A stretch of DNA of 64,000 nucleotides, taken from positions 200,322,001-200,386,000 of the forward strand of contig OZ024740.1 of assembly GCA_964016885.1 (NCBI GenBank), read 5' to 3'. The position numbers were made by a program, and so were the translations under genes. Positions 27,201-40,909 of the stretch are shown here, piece after piece. Within the stretch, counting starts at the first letter, position 1, and each line of letters opens with the position of its first letter. The DNA is from Eledone cirrhosa. Its lineage: Eukaryota. The notes beneath the pieces are model-generated. The model saw nothing but the letters and a program-made list of their open reading frames with translations. It made no database searches and had not been told where the DNA came from.

Positions 27201-28517
27201 AATGCTTAGAACTTAAAAACCTTTTTCCAAGAAAAAAGAAGACTTATTCAAACAGTTTCTTAAAAGCCATCTCCTTTCGGAGCAACCAACCCCTATCCAA
27301 CTGGAAATCAACACCCCAAGATATCCCCTCACCAGACATGCTAAGTTCTCTATGACCTAATTTTTCTATTATCTATACAAGCATAAACATGCGCACATAA
27401 TACACCCTTATGTACGCATGCACATAATTTGCACCTAACAAGGCTACTCGTATTTATTGAATGTTCAGATATTAATTATCTAATTGCATGTTCTGAAGAG
27501 TGGAAGCATTTAGAAGTTCCAATTGGCTTGCTTCAGTTATTATTTATTCGCATACATTTATATATATTTAACACCAGGTTGTTGTCCAAGATTTTGTAAC
27601 TAGAAGATATGGAAACGCCCTTTCGAGGAAACGTTTCTCCTTTTCAGACACACACACACACACACACACACACCTACAAATATTCGATAAATATAATTCT
27701 ACCTCCTATCAGCAAGTTTTCCATCTCACCCATTTCCACATAATCTATGAAACATACAGATACACAAGGATGCACATATAAACACGCACATACACATACA
27801 CTCTTGCACTCAAACACACAACCACTCGCTAAGTATTAAAAAACATAAAAATATATACAAATGTATATATGTAAAATACAATCAATTCATTCTAAAATGT
27901 TTTTGCAATATCCTATGAAGACAATTTACACTTTATGGACTGCTTACAACCATATATGGACAAGGCATGCTCTTGCTGATATAGCCAGTAAACTCAGAGA
28001 CCATTTCCTAATCAATCTGGAACTAGCTGTTGAAACTGAAAGAACTCCGCCATCTGCACAGTTGACCTCTCAATATGACTGCAATTCAATCAAGGAAACT
28101 CTTCGACAAACCTACATTTTGCGCGAAACCAGCTCGCGCTAAAATCAATTTAAACATTCACGTGACTTCTACCGACCAATCAAAATTATTTCGACTACAA
28201 GAAATTTTGCAACACGAATTGGCCGAAATTTATAGTGCTTATTCACGTGACATTCAACAACCAACCAAATCTTAATACCTCCAAGCCACTTTCTTTCACA
28301 TAAAACAGGAAGAATTTCCAAAACTGATCAGATTAGAGCAAAATTCACGAACACTCTATCTCAAAAATTATTTTTGAAAAGCATAAGAAATGCCCAACAG
28401 GTAAAAACTTAAAACTAAAACTGAATACTAACTAATACTTATTACTAATTTATACTTATTCCTAATTAACCAATTTTTCACTGGGATAAATTTGTCACCA
28501 TTCTCTTTTCCGTTTTA

Positions 28518-28595
<78 letters not shown>

Positions 28596-28899
28596 AATCT
28601 CGTTTCGTTATTTGTTTATATATATATATATATATATGCGTGTGTGCCTCTATCTATATTTGAATATCATATGTGACTCTGGGCAAACGTTGTTCAATTA
28701 CCTTGCATTTGAATCCTACTGCATCATTTGTCGTATGTCATGTTTATTTTTCCAGTTTCAATATGATATATTCTATAATGGTCAGTTGGACAGTTGCTAA
28801 TTCTATAATCTTCATATAACCTCTGCTTAGTTGAACATTTTCCTATTTCATAATAGAAGAGAAAAACTATTAATTTATCTTATTACACAAGATTGCATT

Positions 28900-28960
<61 letters not shown>

Positions 28961-29922
28961 AAGTCGGGGCCAGACGGCTGAGCTCTGTTATTTTCAACAG
29001 CTAGTTCCAGACTGATTGTGGAAGTGCCTGGTGGTTTACTGGATGTATCATCAAGGCTGTAGTTTTTCCAAATAAAGGTACACATTATTTATCTAATTGA
29101 AAATTATTTTCCCATAAGTGTTGTTATTTGTTTATGGTTAGTGATTTGGTTGTGTGTGCATATGCATGTGTGCGTCTGTGTGCGCATCCGAGTGGATGGA
29201 GAGTGGGTGGAATTATATTTATTGAAAAAATGCATTAGTGTGTGTGTGTGTATGTCTGTTTCCAGGCATGGTTATCATGACCTTCCGACAACAGATCTAT
29301 AGCATAGACGTTAGATCTAGCAGCAGATCTCCCTAATCAAAGGATTGTCCAATTTTACCGAATGGCAAATTAAATGTATCCGTTAACGAAGTGACGACTT
29401 ATTTGTTAGTTATCTGAAAAAAAACAAAAACAAGGAATAAGCTGCAGGTGCTATTAATGTAAAATATAGTAGATTGTTTAGTTCAAATTTATATACCAGA
29501 AACTAAGCTAGCAATTAAATTACCTTAAAATATGGTTAGGAGAAAAGATATGGTTATCCACATTTCGTGGTTCAACGGAGATAATGGTGGTGATTATATT
29601 TCGTTTATTTATAGTGGAATAGAGGAAGTGGTTGCTTACTGTTTATTATGCTATGTAATGCGCTTATGTTTGTCTCGGGTACGTGTGCCTGTGTCTGTGT
29701 TCCAGGGGGGGGGGGGTTCGAGTGCAATTAGGTATTGGTAATGTTTTTAATGGAATGCTAGGACTGGTATTGTTTTAATGGGGCTATTGTAAAAAAATGT
29801 TTTGGTACGTACCTTTTTAGGAGTAAAGCTATGTGGCTGAAGGGTTAGATGTGCAGCTTGAGTAGGTTCAAGATGAGCATCCTGCAGTTCAAATCTTGCT
29901 TAGGTCTCCCTTTCACCTTTTA

Positions 29923-30046
29923 TAATCTACCAGTTAAATATTTTATCATTCTCGTGGTTTAATAATCTACCACTAAAGTATTTTATCATTCTCGTGGTTT
30001 AATAATCAACCAGCTAAGTACTTGATTATTCTCGTGGTTGAACAAT
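29923..30046. repeat. 40-bp minisatellite, 3 copies
   Basis: taatctaccagttaaatattttatcattctcgtggtttaa and variants at 29923, 29963 and 30003. Confidence 0.85.
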
Positions 30047-30959
30047 CGCATACTGTAGTAACATGATATTCATATATTACATTTTATTTCTAATTTTACT
30101 ATTTCTTTATTCATGATACTAACCTTTGTAAATAAGCTGGAAATTATTAGGAAATTTGTCAGATTGTCTTACAGATTTATCACGATCAATTAGAGCCGAT
30201 CTAGTTTACATTTACCGAATTGATATACTGTGTTAACAATATTCCGTGTTTTCAATAGAACAGATTTGCCCAACATTTGTTATACTCTTTGCCATCAACG
30301 GCATTCCACTTTTCCATTAGGACGGGCCTTCAGTAATTTTAGGAAAAAGTTTACAATAAGAGGACGCTGCTATTACTTTAACTGGGGAGATTTATATTCA
30401 GTCGGCTAAAGTACGGAAATCCCAGAACAATATAAAAAAGTCAAATAATAAAAAGAAAAACGCTATAGAAAATTATTTTCATCTTTTTTCAACTAAATTA
30501 GCTTGCTACTTCAAGTAATAAATAACCAAGAAAAATGTATTTTTTTAAAATAAATCCTTTGACGTTTATTGGATGTTTTGATTTATTGTCATATAGGAAA
30601 TAAATCACTAAATACTAGTGAGTGAATTTGCATATTTTGATTTATGATGCCACAAGGCATCTTGGGAATGTTTTATTTAACACAGCCATGGGTAAAACCA
30701 TGTATTGTGAGTGAAATTTAGGTAGACGGAACCTATTTGAAAGCCCATGTCAGGGACTGTACTTGTAATTCTAAGGACCAATCCTGTTACATACTGTGCC
30801 GCGCCGAGTATCCCTGAGGATTACGTTAAGGGTAATACTTAGAGTGCTGTGCTTGCAATTGTGAGGTTGTAAGTTCGATTCCCGGGTGATGTGTTGCATC
30901 CTTCAACAAGACACTTTGTTTTACGGACTAATATGTTTAAAGTGAAAATCGACACTACT

Positions 30960-31620
30960 AGTAAGAATACCAGCTAGAGAATGTGCAATGAGAAGGACGA
31001 GTCTGTAACCCATATTATAAGTTGTTGTATTGTTCAGATACAGTGTAAGCTTCGCCATGACTCTGTAGTTAGTGCACTGCACTGGGACATTTTGCCTCGG
31101 GGGCAGTTTAAAGTAATTGGTAAATAGTATCCACCAAAGTTTGTAGTTGAAATTGACAGAAATAAGGTCATTTGAGATTTCATAATCCCAAAATACACAA
31201 GATATAGGCGAGAAGTCCTGCCTTAGCGTTTATAGACAAAGCCTCAAAAATATATATAATTGTTGTAGGGACCAGGAAAAGATTGAACAAGCTCCAGTAT
31301 CGTGCTGATAATCAATTCTGAGAAACCGCGAAATATACGCTAGGATACCTGATTTAGTTATTACAGATATACCGGAAAAAAAATGTATAACTGTTTGCCA
31401 TAGCCATTTGTGCTGACACGAACATGACATATCAGGAGCAGAAAAGAGTGAAAAGTTCCAGAAGGAGGATGAGGAGAATGTGGAATGTCTTAGGAAAGGT
31501 ACCAATAGCCATTAGTATTTGTGTAGTAGGAAATGTTTAGAAAAGAATCCTGAAAGACAGAATAATAACAAATATAGCACTGCAAGGATTATCAGAAATT
31601 TCATTGAGCTCCAAGGAAAC
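30960..31620 (+). pseudogene. 3' fragment of an R4/NeSL-type LINE with restriction-like endonuclease
   Basis: RMCNEKDESVTHIISCC, RHDSVVSALHWDIL, RIPDLVITD; heavily degraded. Confidence 0.6.
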
Positions 31621-31703
31621 TAGTTCTGATCCGACCTTAAGATAACATTTATTCATGCGAAAAAGAAAAGAACAATATTGAGGATGTTCATGTTAATGAT
31701 AAT

Positions 31704-31872
31704 TGTTTCTACTTTTGGCACAAGGCCAGCAATTACTCAGTGCATTACTGGTACTTTATTTTATCGACCCCGTAAGGATGAAAGGTTAACCTCGGCGGGA
31801 TTTGAACTCAGACTCTAACTCTTTGCGTCAAAGCATGGCGTCCGACCCTCTACCGATACTGCCAATTCACCA
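31704..31872 (-). mobile_element. SINE with 20-bp target-site duplication
   Basis: atgttcatgttaatgataat at 31684-31703 and 31873-31892. Confidence 0.85.
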
Positions 31873-31899
31873 ATGTTCATGTTAATGATAATACAAAAA

Positions 31900-32205
31900 A
31901 GAAGAAGAAGAAGAAGAAGGGGGGAGGAGAAGAAGAAGAAGAAGGAGGAGGATGTGGCGGAGAATGAGGAGTAGAAGGAGGAGGAGGAGGAGGAGGAGAT
32001 GATGAAGAAGAAGAAGAAGAAGAAGAAGGATGACGAGAAGGTGGCAGAGGAGGGGGGGAGAGGAGAAGGAGGAGAAGAAGAAGAAAAAGAAGAAGGAGGA
32101 GAAGGTGGTGGAGGAGAGGAATGAGAAGAAGTAGGGAAGGAGGAGAAGGAAGAGAAGAAGAAGAACAACAACAACAACAACACTAACAACAAAAATAGCA
32201 ACAAC
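31900..32205. repeat. (GAA)/(GGA)/(CAA) compound microsatellite
   Basis: Directly visible. Confidence 0.9.
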
Positions 32206-33705
32206 TAGAAAACTGAAAACATTACATTGCTTTGTAAATTCATTAATTGATTATTAATGTGCTGCATAGCTTCTTCAAAAACCATGCTAACGTTAACAAC
32301 CAGAGTATAAACATAATATGACGCCATAGCTGCGAGTTTCCTAGAAATATTTCACACAAACATGAAATTAGAACGAAAATTATGAAAATAATAACAATAA
32401 TATGGAAAGAAATATTTCATAAACAATATAAAATTTATGAAAAGTAATATTTTCTTTTAATGGCTTTCTTTTTTTTTTTATAGTTTCTGTGTTTCCTATT
32501 ATTTAATTTTCTTGTGTCTTCCAAGTTTGGCCAATAGTTAATTTGGCAATAAGAGACTACACCAAGCGTGTCCCATCAGTTGGATTATTGATGTAAAATT
32601 TTCTTTTTAATTTTGGGGAAAATGTGCTAAATTTGCTTTCATTAGAAAGGTGTCCTTTCATCACTGAAGCAGAAATCGATGAGGAGAAAATTATAATGAA
32701 AAGCATTTAAGAAAGAAAAGAATATGAAATATTTCTCATTGATTTTGGCGTGGACTATTGTCATGATTGCTTTCCTGCCATTCCAATGAAAGGTGTCCAT
32801 TAGACTAAATGGTTAAAACAACAACAAAAACAAAACTTTCAAATGTGGGGAAAATGAAAAATAAAGGATATAAAAAGACCATAAGAAAAAATATCATTAC
32901 AATAAATACAATAATAATAGTTGTTATTATGCCAATAACAATAATAAATTCTTTATTGGCCACTTTGACAACAGGGCCCATCATATGTACAAACAATATG
33001 TTAAAAAAAATGTGCGTAGGTACATATATATTTATTTCAGAACGAAGGTAATGCAAGGACATAATAAGATAATTTGAAACGCGTTACAAATTATTTGCTT
33101 AATGTCAACAAAGAAGCATATGAATATATTATAGCACAGTTTTATTAAGCTCTAGTGAGTGTCTTGAAACTCTGAAATTTCTCAATTATGTTTTCTGGGG
33201 TCATTAGACAGCGATGGTTTTTAGTCGAGGCTGTCTGATGTGGCTATAAACAAAGAGGAGAACTCCGGGGAGATAGAACACTGACACAGCCTTAATAAAA
33301 AGAAATTGATCCCTATAATGATATAGAATACTCATTTTCTCGACCATCACGGCTATATTAATATACTTATATAAAGGTATATCCATAATGTCAAATAAGA
33401 AGGCAACCGCCAACGTGTTAAATGTTGCCAGCTGAAATGTATAAAAACAATGCATGACACATCATCCGTTTTGATCTACACCCCATCCAGGTAATCACAT
33501 TATGCAGACTCAAATATCTATGGCGCTATGAACTCCTAATGCAGCTGTAGAAGAGTCGTTAGAGCAACTGACGTGTCTCGGGTATTGCAATCTGGCGAGG
33601 TTCATTCTATTCAAACAGTGAACACATTCGATCTTTTCCACAGAAATAAAGACACACATACACACACACACCTATATATGTGTATATGTAGGTATATATA
33701 TATAT

Positions 33706-33794
<89 letters not shown>

Positions 33795-33943
33795 AATATA
33801 TATGTTTAAATATATATGTTTGTAAATATATATATACCTACATATATATATATATAATATATTATGGAATACTGTTGGCTTTTTGCTACAATGTTTTCTA
33901 TACCTTTCATTAATATATATATATATATATATATATGTAATAT

Positions 33944-34337
<394 letters not shown>

Positions 34338-34344
34338 TATATAT

Positions 34345-36064
34345 AAGAGGGTGTTAAAGTTTGCTTGAAGCATTGTGAAATGTGTAAAATACGTAGTTTA
34401 GAAAGCCACAACAATGCAAAGGGAAATCTCGAGGTAGGAAGTGAATGATAGATAGGAGAAATAGGATAAAGTGAAAATTGAGAGAGACAAAGATGAAAAC
34501 AAAACAAAGGTAGAAGGGTTACCGTAGTGGAGATTTAATCCCAATATTTCGGGCTCACGCCCAACAACGGGGGAAAGTTCCAAAAGGGGGGGAACAGGCT
34601 AAGCGGAGAAAGTTGTGATGTCGTTAAAACAGGAATGCCGTTATGGGGAGAAAAATTATTTAAAATTTAAATGAGGGAAAGAATGCGCGTGCGCGTGATA
34701 GGCTGTGGCAAAAGCTACTGACCAAATGGGTTAAATCAAGAGGGTGCGCTAGCGTGTGAAAGCCGTAAAATATGTGTGTGTAACTGTGTGTGTATATGTG
34801 TAAGTGTGTATATGTGTGAGTGTGTGTGTGTGTGAAAGATAGTGGCCTGTAGAAGCTGGAAATGAAAGGGTGTGAAAGGTGGTAGGTTGTAAAACATGTG
34901 TGCGTGTATAAATATAGATGTGTGTGTGTAAGCGTATGGGTATACATGTGTGTGTAACTGTGTGTGTATATGTGTGAGTGCGTGTGTGTGTGAAAGATAG
35001 TGGGCTGTAGAAGCTGGAAATCAAAGGGTGTGAAAGGTGGTAGGTTGTAAAAACATGTGTGCGTGTATAAATATAGATGTGTGTGTGTATGCGTATGGGT
35101 ATGCATATACGTGCGTGTGTGTGAAAATAGCAGGCCGTAAGGGCTGTGAATGGTCACTATGGTTAAGTTAGCCATGTCAGCTCATTTCTCTCAGCCCGGT
35201 TGTTAAGTGGGGGTCTGAGGTTCTTAATAACAAGTGCTTCCTTTATCCTTAAGGATCCGATGCTGCGTTCAGTCGCTAGGACTGTGACCAAGGGTCTACC
35301 CTGTGGGTTTCCGCATTTAAGGATGTGTTTACGGAAGGAAGATGCGTTGGTGTTGATATGTTCCTTGATACGAACATGTAGGGGTCGGATGGTGCTACCT
35401 ATGTAAAACTTGTTACATTTATCGCATTAAAAACCCTTTGATTTCCAGCTTCTACAGCTCACTATCTTTCACACACACACGCACTCACACATATACACAC
35501 ACAGTTACACACACATGTATACCCATACGCTTACACACACACATCTATATTTATACACGTACACATGTTTTACAACCTACCACCTTTCACACCCTTTGAT
35601 TTCCAGCTTCTACAGCCCACTATCTTTCACACACACACACACTCACACATATACACACTTACACATATACACACACAGTTACACACACATATTTTACGGC
35701 TTTCACACGCTAGCGCACCCTCTTGATTTAACCCATTTGGTCAGTAGCTTTTGCCACAGCCTAACACGCGCACTCTTTCCCTCATTTAAATTTTAAATAA
35801 TTTTTCTCCCCATAACGGCATTCCTGTTTTAACGACATCACAACTTTCTCCGCTTAGCCTGTTCCCCAGCTTTTGGAACTTTCCCCCGTTGATGGGCGTG
35901 AGCCCGAAATATTGGGATTAAATCTCCACTACGGTAACCCTTCTACCTTTGTTTTGTTTTCATCTTTGTCTCTCTCAATTTTCACTTTATCCTATTTCTC
36001 CTATCTATCATTCACTTCCTACCTCGAGATTTCCCTCTGCATTGTTGTGGCTTTCTAAACTACG

Positions 36065-36071
<7 letters not shown>
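34345..36071 (-). mobile_element. 5'-truncated Penelope/Poseidon-like PLE with about 640-bp inverted arms
   Basis: 34385-35030 is the reverse complement of 35433-36071; GIY-YIG remnant in the spacer. Confidence 0.85.
35163..35426 (-). CDS. GIY-YIG endonuclease C-terminal fragment (Penelope/Poseidon-type), not in the ORF track
   Basis: CDKCNKFYIGSTIRPLHVRIKEH..SSFRKHILKC..LRIKEALVIKNLRPPLNNRAE..*. Confidence 0.8.
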   Translation of the reverse strand, partial: CDKCNKFYIGSTIRPLHVRIKEHINTNASSFRKHILKCGNPQGRPLVTVLATERSIGSLRIKEALVIKNLRPPLNNRAERNELTWLT

Positions 36072-36100
<29 letters not shown>

Positions 36101-36105
36101 ATCTA

Positions 36106-36149
36106 CAGGACTAGAACTGTTTCATTCTTTAGAAATCATCAGGAATCTG
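36106..36149 (-). ncRNA. Putative minimal hammerhead variant (degenerate copy at 45745-45790 +)
   Basis: cagattc-CTGATGA-T-TTCtaaaGAA-T-GAAACaGTTC-tagtcctg; stem I weak. Confidence 0.5.
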
Positions 36150-36643
36150 GGTATCAAAAAATAAATATAGTATTTATAGGCCTCTTCGAGGGTGGTAGGA
36201 GTGGGTAGGGAGTGTGATGGGTAGAGGTCATTGGTTGATAGAAAAGGGAATTCAATAAATGCTAATTCTTTAAAGCTATAATTTATATATAGAGTAACAA
36301 AGGCAGAAAGAATTCTATAAACAAGTTCAGAATGGGGTGCCACTCCTTATTTTTAAGTTTCTCTGAAGCTATCAATGCCTATATTTCAGGTGTCTATAAG
36401 ATTGTTGGGTGTCAGTCATTGTTGATGGATATAAAGAAAAGGGAAATTCTTTAAAAGCTAATTCTTTAAGGTTCTACTTAGATTGACAAAAGCTTAGAGA
36501 ATTCTATAGACCAGTTCAAAATATTGGGTGCCTAACATACCATTAGCTTCAAGTTTCTCTTAAGCTATATTCCAGGTGTCGACAGACACATTCACAAACA
36601 CACACACACACGCACACACGCGCGCGCAGCCACACCCACACAC

Positions 36644-36681
<38 letters not shown>

Positions 36682-36844
36682 TTACATACACACATACATA
36701 CATATATATACATACATACACGTATACATATATACACACATATATATATACACACATATATACATACATATATATACATATATATATATATATATAAAAT
36801 AAAGTTTAAAAAAGTCAAATATTTAAAATTTAGCTTTGTTTATT

Positions 36845-36899
36845 ACTGCTATATATATTTCAGTGACAGCCATCTTTGGCTGTGACCTCTTCAGGCAGT
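36845..36899 (-). ncRNA. Type I hammerhead ribozyme
   Basis: actgc-CTGAAGA-ggtcacagccaaagatggctgtcact-GAAA tatat ATA-gcagt-AATAAA; the inverted copy at 39113-39167 has ATGAAGA (C3 mutated). Confidence 0.75.
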
Positions 36900-37774
36900 C
36901 CGAATTAGTGTGGTATAGACAAGTACATATGTTGTTGAGGTGTATAATATTGTCAATACTCTGATATGCCCAGTTCCTTGTTGGGTTGTTATTTCACTGA
37001 GGAACTGGAATCATATGAATTCAAACAAACGAATTTCAGTGTCAAAGGCCCTCTACTCCTCTCATTGGTCAGTTGTTAGAACATTCCCCACTGTAAGTGT
37101 TGTTATTGTTGGAGTTAGTTTAAAAATTGATAAAGTGGTAGAAGCGACAAGGTGTTAAAGGAACAAAATAACAAAAAAAGGGTCAAACCTCCCATTGGTC
37201 AGTTCTGAGAGCATTCCTCAGTATATGAAGAAATATAAGGCAATAAATGAAGAAAACAGAAAATAAATAATATAATTTGTATAATTTGAAAATAAATAAT
37301 AAATAGAGAATAAAGTGTGTGTCTGCTATAACCAATCTCAAGGTCAGACATATGTTGGATGGATTGGTATGAGGAACAAGATGTTAAAATAAGATAATCA
37401 AACAAAATGTGTTTGTGTAATAATCAATCTCAACTTAAAAATAAAGTGATACAGTGATCAGGGCAGAAAACAAATAACAAATTAATAAAGAGAAATCAAG
37501 ATTTAAAATTGGGACTTGAAAATCAGAAATCAAGTAAATTAAAATGTGTTTGTGTTATATAGATGTTAGCCAAATTATAATAGTTGTGTCCGATTCAATC
37601 TCTAGGCTATCATGGTATCTGCTCAGCCTGGGTTGTTCCCTATGGCTTGAGGGGAGTTCACAACCTAGGGTGTTGTTACTGCCCATATAGCTTGAGGGAG
37701 GTCTGGCTCAGAGGTGTTTACATGTTCTGTAGAAGTCCCAATAGCTTGAGGGGAGATCACCTCTTCTTGTGTTG

Positions 37775-38990
37775 CTACTGTGCATATATCTTGAGGAAGG
37801 TCCAGGCCCTAAGGTGTCTGCATGTCCCGAAGAAGTCGGTTCTGAGGTTTATCAGGCCGCTTCCACCTCTTAGTATCTCGAGGGTCTCGTTCAGGCATAG
37901 TTTGCTTATGCAAGATCCCCGTTTATCGGGTGGTACTTTCCTTATTATGTACCAGGCCAGAGAGTACGGGGTCCTGTCTTAAGCTTCCAGATCAGATCGG
38001 AGAGAGCCGTGCTTTTCCTTTTGGCCTCCTTATAGAATGAATGGCGATGGTTGTACCAGCGGTCTTTAAAGTTCGTTGATGTGGCTCCTATGTAGAGGTG
38101 TTCGGAGTTGGGGTTTTTAACCCTACAACGGTATACTAGGTTCTTCTTGAGGCATTCATTATCAAGGGGTTTCTGCAGTTGCAGAGGGTGGTCGACCTCT
38201 GCGTGCCTAGATTAGGGTTCCCGTTATGTGTTACATGTTGGTCTTCCCCCACGCCCGGTGGGGGTCCCCGGGTCTGTTTGGGTTTCTTGGGTGGGTTCTG
38301 GGTCACCCCTCCCCTCCTTTCACATGGTTCTGCTGAGTGCTTATTGCCATCTTCTGGTTGTGTGTGGTTTTTAAGCCTACTCCTGTTGATGTTAGCTATG
38401 TGTTGGGCCAGATTCCTCGTGGTGGAATACGAGAGCTTCACAGTGTGTCTGTTGAAGATCCTGTGGTATCTGTGGTCCCTCGGGAAGCATTTATCAAGTG
38501 CTCCAAAGTATGATCGGGCCAAACTGTTCTTTAGGGCCGCTGAGTAGGGTGGGTTGTACCACGTGATTTTTCGGTGTCTGCTCCTATACGTGTGGGTCGG
38601 GGGCGTCGTGATTTGTTGGAGATTTGTTAGGTTGCTGGTGGTTTCCTCACTGTTGCTTCCCCTTTGGGTGCTATGCTTCTTGTTATTTCACGGCCGGAAT
38701 CTGTGGGGTGGTCGTTGCCCGCGGTGGGAGATCTATCGTGAGGTGGTAGCTCGTTCCCCCAGCCCCTACGTCTCCTGCGGTTGGGGTCGTCGGTCCTGGG
38801 GTGGTTAGCGTCAACCCTGAGACAGTTACTCATATTGTGTTTCGTCTCGTGATGAAGCGTACAAGTCACCACCGCCTGTGTGGTGGTGTCCGGCACATGG
38901 TGCCTATTTGTTTCTGCTCTGCCTGTATTGTTAGGGTTCGCCCCCCCCCCCCCCGGGCAACGCGAGTGTGGATGTCTGTTGGGCTGTTTT
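37775..38990 (-). pseudogene. PLE linker plus GIY-YIG, disrupted
   Basis: RKITWYNPPY..KCFPRDHRYHRIFNRHTVKLSYSTT..CNCRNP; VYRC..YIGATSTNFKDRWYNH..IWKL*..TCRH. Confidence 0.8.
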
Positions 38991-39333
38991 AATTCATATG
39001 ATTCCAGTTCCTCAGTGAAATAACAACCCAACCAGGAACTGGGCATATCAGAGTATTGACAATATTATACACCTCAACAACATATGTACTTGTCTATACC
39101 ACACTAATTCGGACTGCATGAAGAGGTCACAGCCAAAGATGGCTGTCACTGAAATATATATAGCAGTAATAAACAAAGCTAAATTTTAAACATTTGACTT
39201 TTTTAAACTTTATTTTACATTACTCCGGAGTAACCAAACCAACCTGCACACTTCGTCGAGTGCTCCAGCCTGCATACTTAGGTGTTGGTATACAACCAAC
39301 ATATACTCAAAACATATATATATATATACACAC

Positions 39334-39410
<77 letters not shown>

Positions 39411-39510
39411 TACAAATATATACAAATACCAGACATACACATATACATACGTACATATACACATACATATACATATATACACATTCACATATATATATAT
39501 ATACATATAC

Positions 39511-39569
<59 letters not shown>

Positions 39570-39808
39570 TACACATATATATATACACACATACACATAT
39601 ATACATATATATATATATACATATATATACACATACACACACATATATATATATATATACACATATACATAAATAAACACATACACACATACATATATAT
39701 ACACATATACACACATATACACATACACATACATACATACATATACACACATACACACACACACATACACATATATATATATATACACAAACACATACAT
39801 ACACACAC

Positions 39809-39869
<61 letters not shown>

Positions 39870-39870
<1 letters not shown>

Positions 39871-40909
39871 TTCATTTATTAACCACAAGGGCCGACATGA
39901 AGGGGACAATACAAAGATAGGGACATTGGGGTTTACAATAAGGTCGAGTAAAAGTGCACAATGGTAAGACTAATTTAACAAAGGAAATATAAAAATATAA
40001 AATAAACTATGTACAAATATAATAAAATAAATTCCCCGATAGGGGGTAGACGACTCTGGGGTGACTCGGGTACCCCACCAATCCTGAACCACCCTGCGCT
40101 TCTAGGGCACCCAGGGAAAGTACCCCTCTCCTCAAGTTAGCTAGCCCATAGGCGCATGGTCAGAGTAGGCCTATTCACATGAGCCATTCTCGCCACATTC
40201 ACCCACCTTTTAGCAAATGTACTGGGGGGGGGGGGGGGGGCAGCACTTCTCTCTCCACCCTCACCTTCCTTTCCAGCTGAAACTTGAAGAAGTTGATGAG
40301 GGATTGGCCGAAGAGAAAAGTGTCTCTCTTCAGTCATTTTAACCTGGTCCACCATATAACCTCTTTCGCAACTGCCACCAGACAGAGGAAAATTTCCTGC
40401 TCTTCCTGACCTAAGGAAGGCGGTGGATCGATCTTAACTATGGACTCGGCCGACAGCCGGATTCGTTCCACACGCGACAGTAGCTGTTCGACATAACTCC
40501 ACAAGTCAGTAATGCACGGACATTGGACAAGTGCGTGCAGAACGGTTTCGTCGTTCTGTGCGCATCTTGGGCAGGTCCGTCTGACAGCACTTCCGTGCCT
40601 GTAGAGTTTATCCCGAAGCGGCAGTGCCCCCCGGTAGCACTGCCAAGCGAAGGATTTCTGGAAATTGTCCATCGCCCCCGGCTCAAAAGTTCTCCGGTAC
40701 AGACTGGTCATTTCGACTTCGTCGAGGCCCAAAGCTTCTCCGAGTGCGTGATCGCACTTGACCACCAATAATCCTCTATAGAACTCGAGAGTGGAAGTTC
40801 CACTGATCGGATTGCCGCTTGGTAGAGGGCAGTGAGTGCCTGGCAACATTCCAGGTGCCAGTCACCCAGTCTCGGTCACTTCTTGACCCACGACTGCAGC
40901 TCAGTCAAG
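39870..40909 (-). mobile_element. Tx1-like LINE 3' fragment with zf-RVT zinc finger
   Basis: MDNFQKSFAWQCYRGALPLRDKLYRHG..CPRC..ETVLHALVQC, homologous to 55761-56594; (TAA)n on both flanks. Confidence 0.85.

Larger units (their letters stand above)
36795..39312 (-). mobile_element. 5'-truncated Naiad-like PLE with about 225-bp inverted arms and right tail
   Basis: 36795-37021 is the reverse complement of 38991-39217; tail at 39218-39312. Confidence 0.9.

Noticed and set aside
29923-30046. CRISPR-like regular repeats
   Set aside because: Contiguous 40-bp tandem units without unique spacers; eukaryotic context, no cas genes
30251-30325. Possible host exon on the minus strand (ARPNGKWNAVDGKEYNKCWANLFY*)
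   Set aside because: Short, no recognisable homology, weak splice acceptor; needs RNA-seq or BLASTX
33204-33455. 83-aa ORF with an acceptor-like tttcag in unique-looking sequence
   Set aside because: No recognisable domain; cannot be supported
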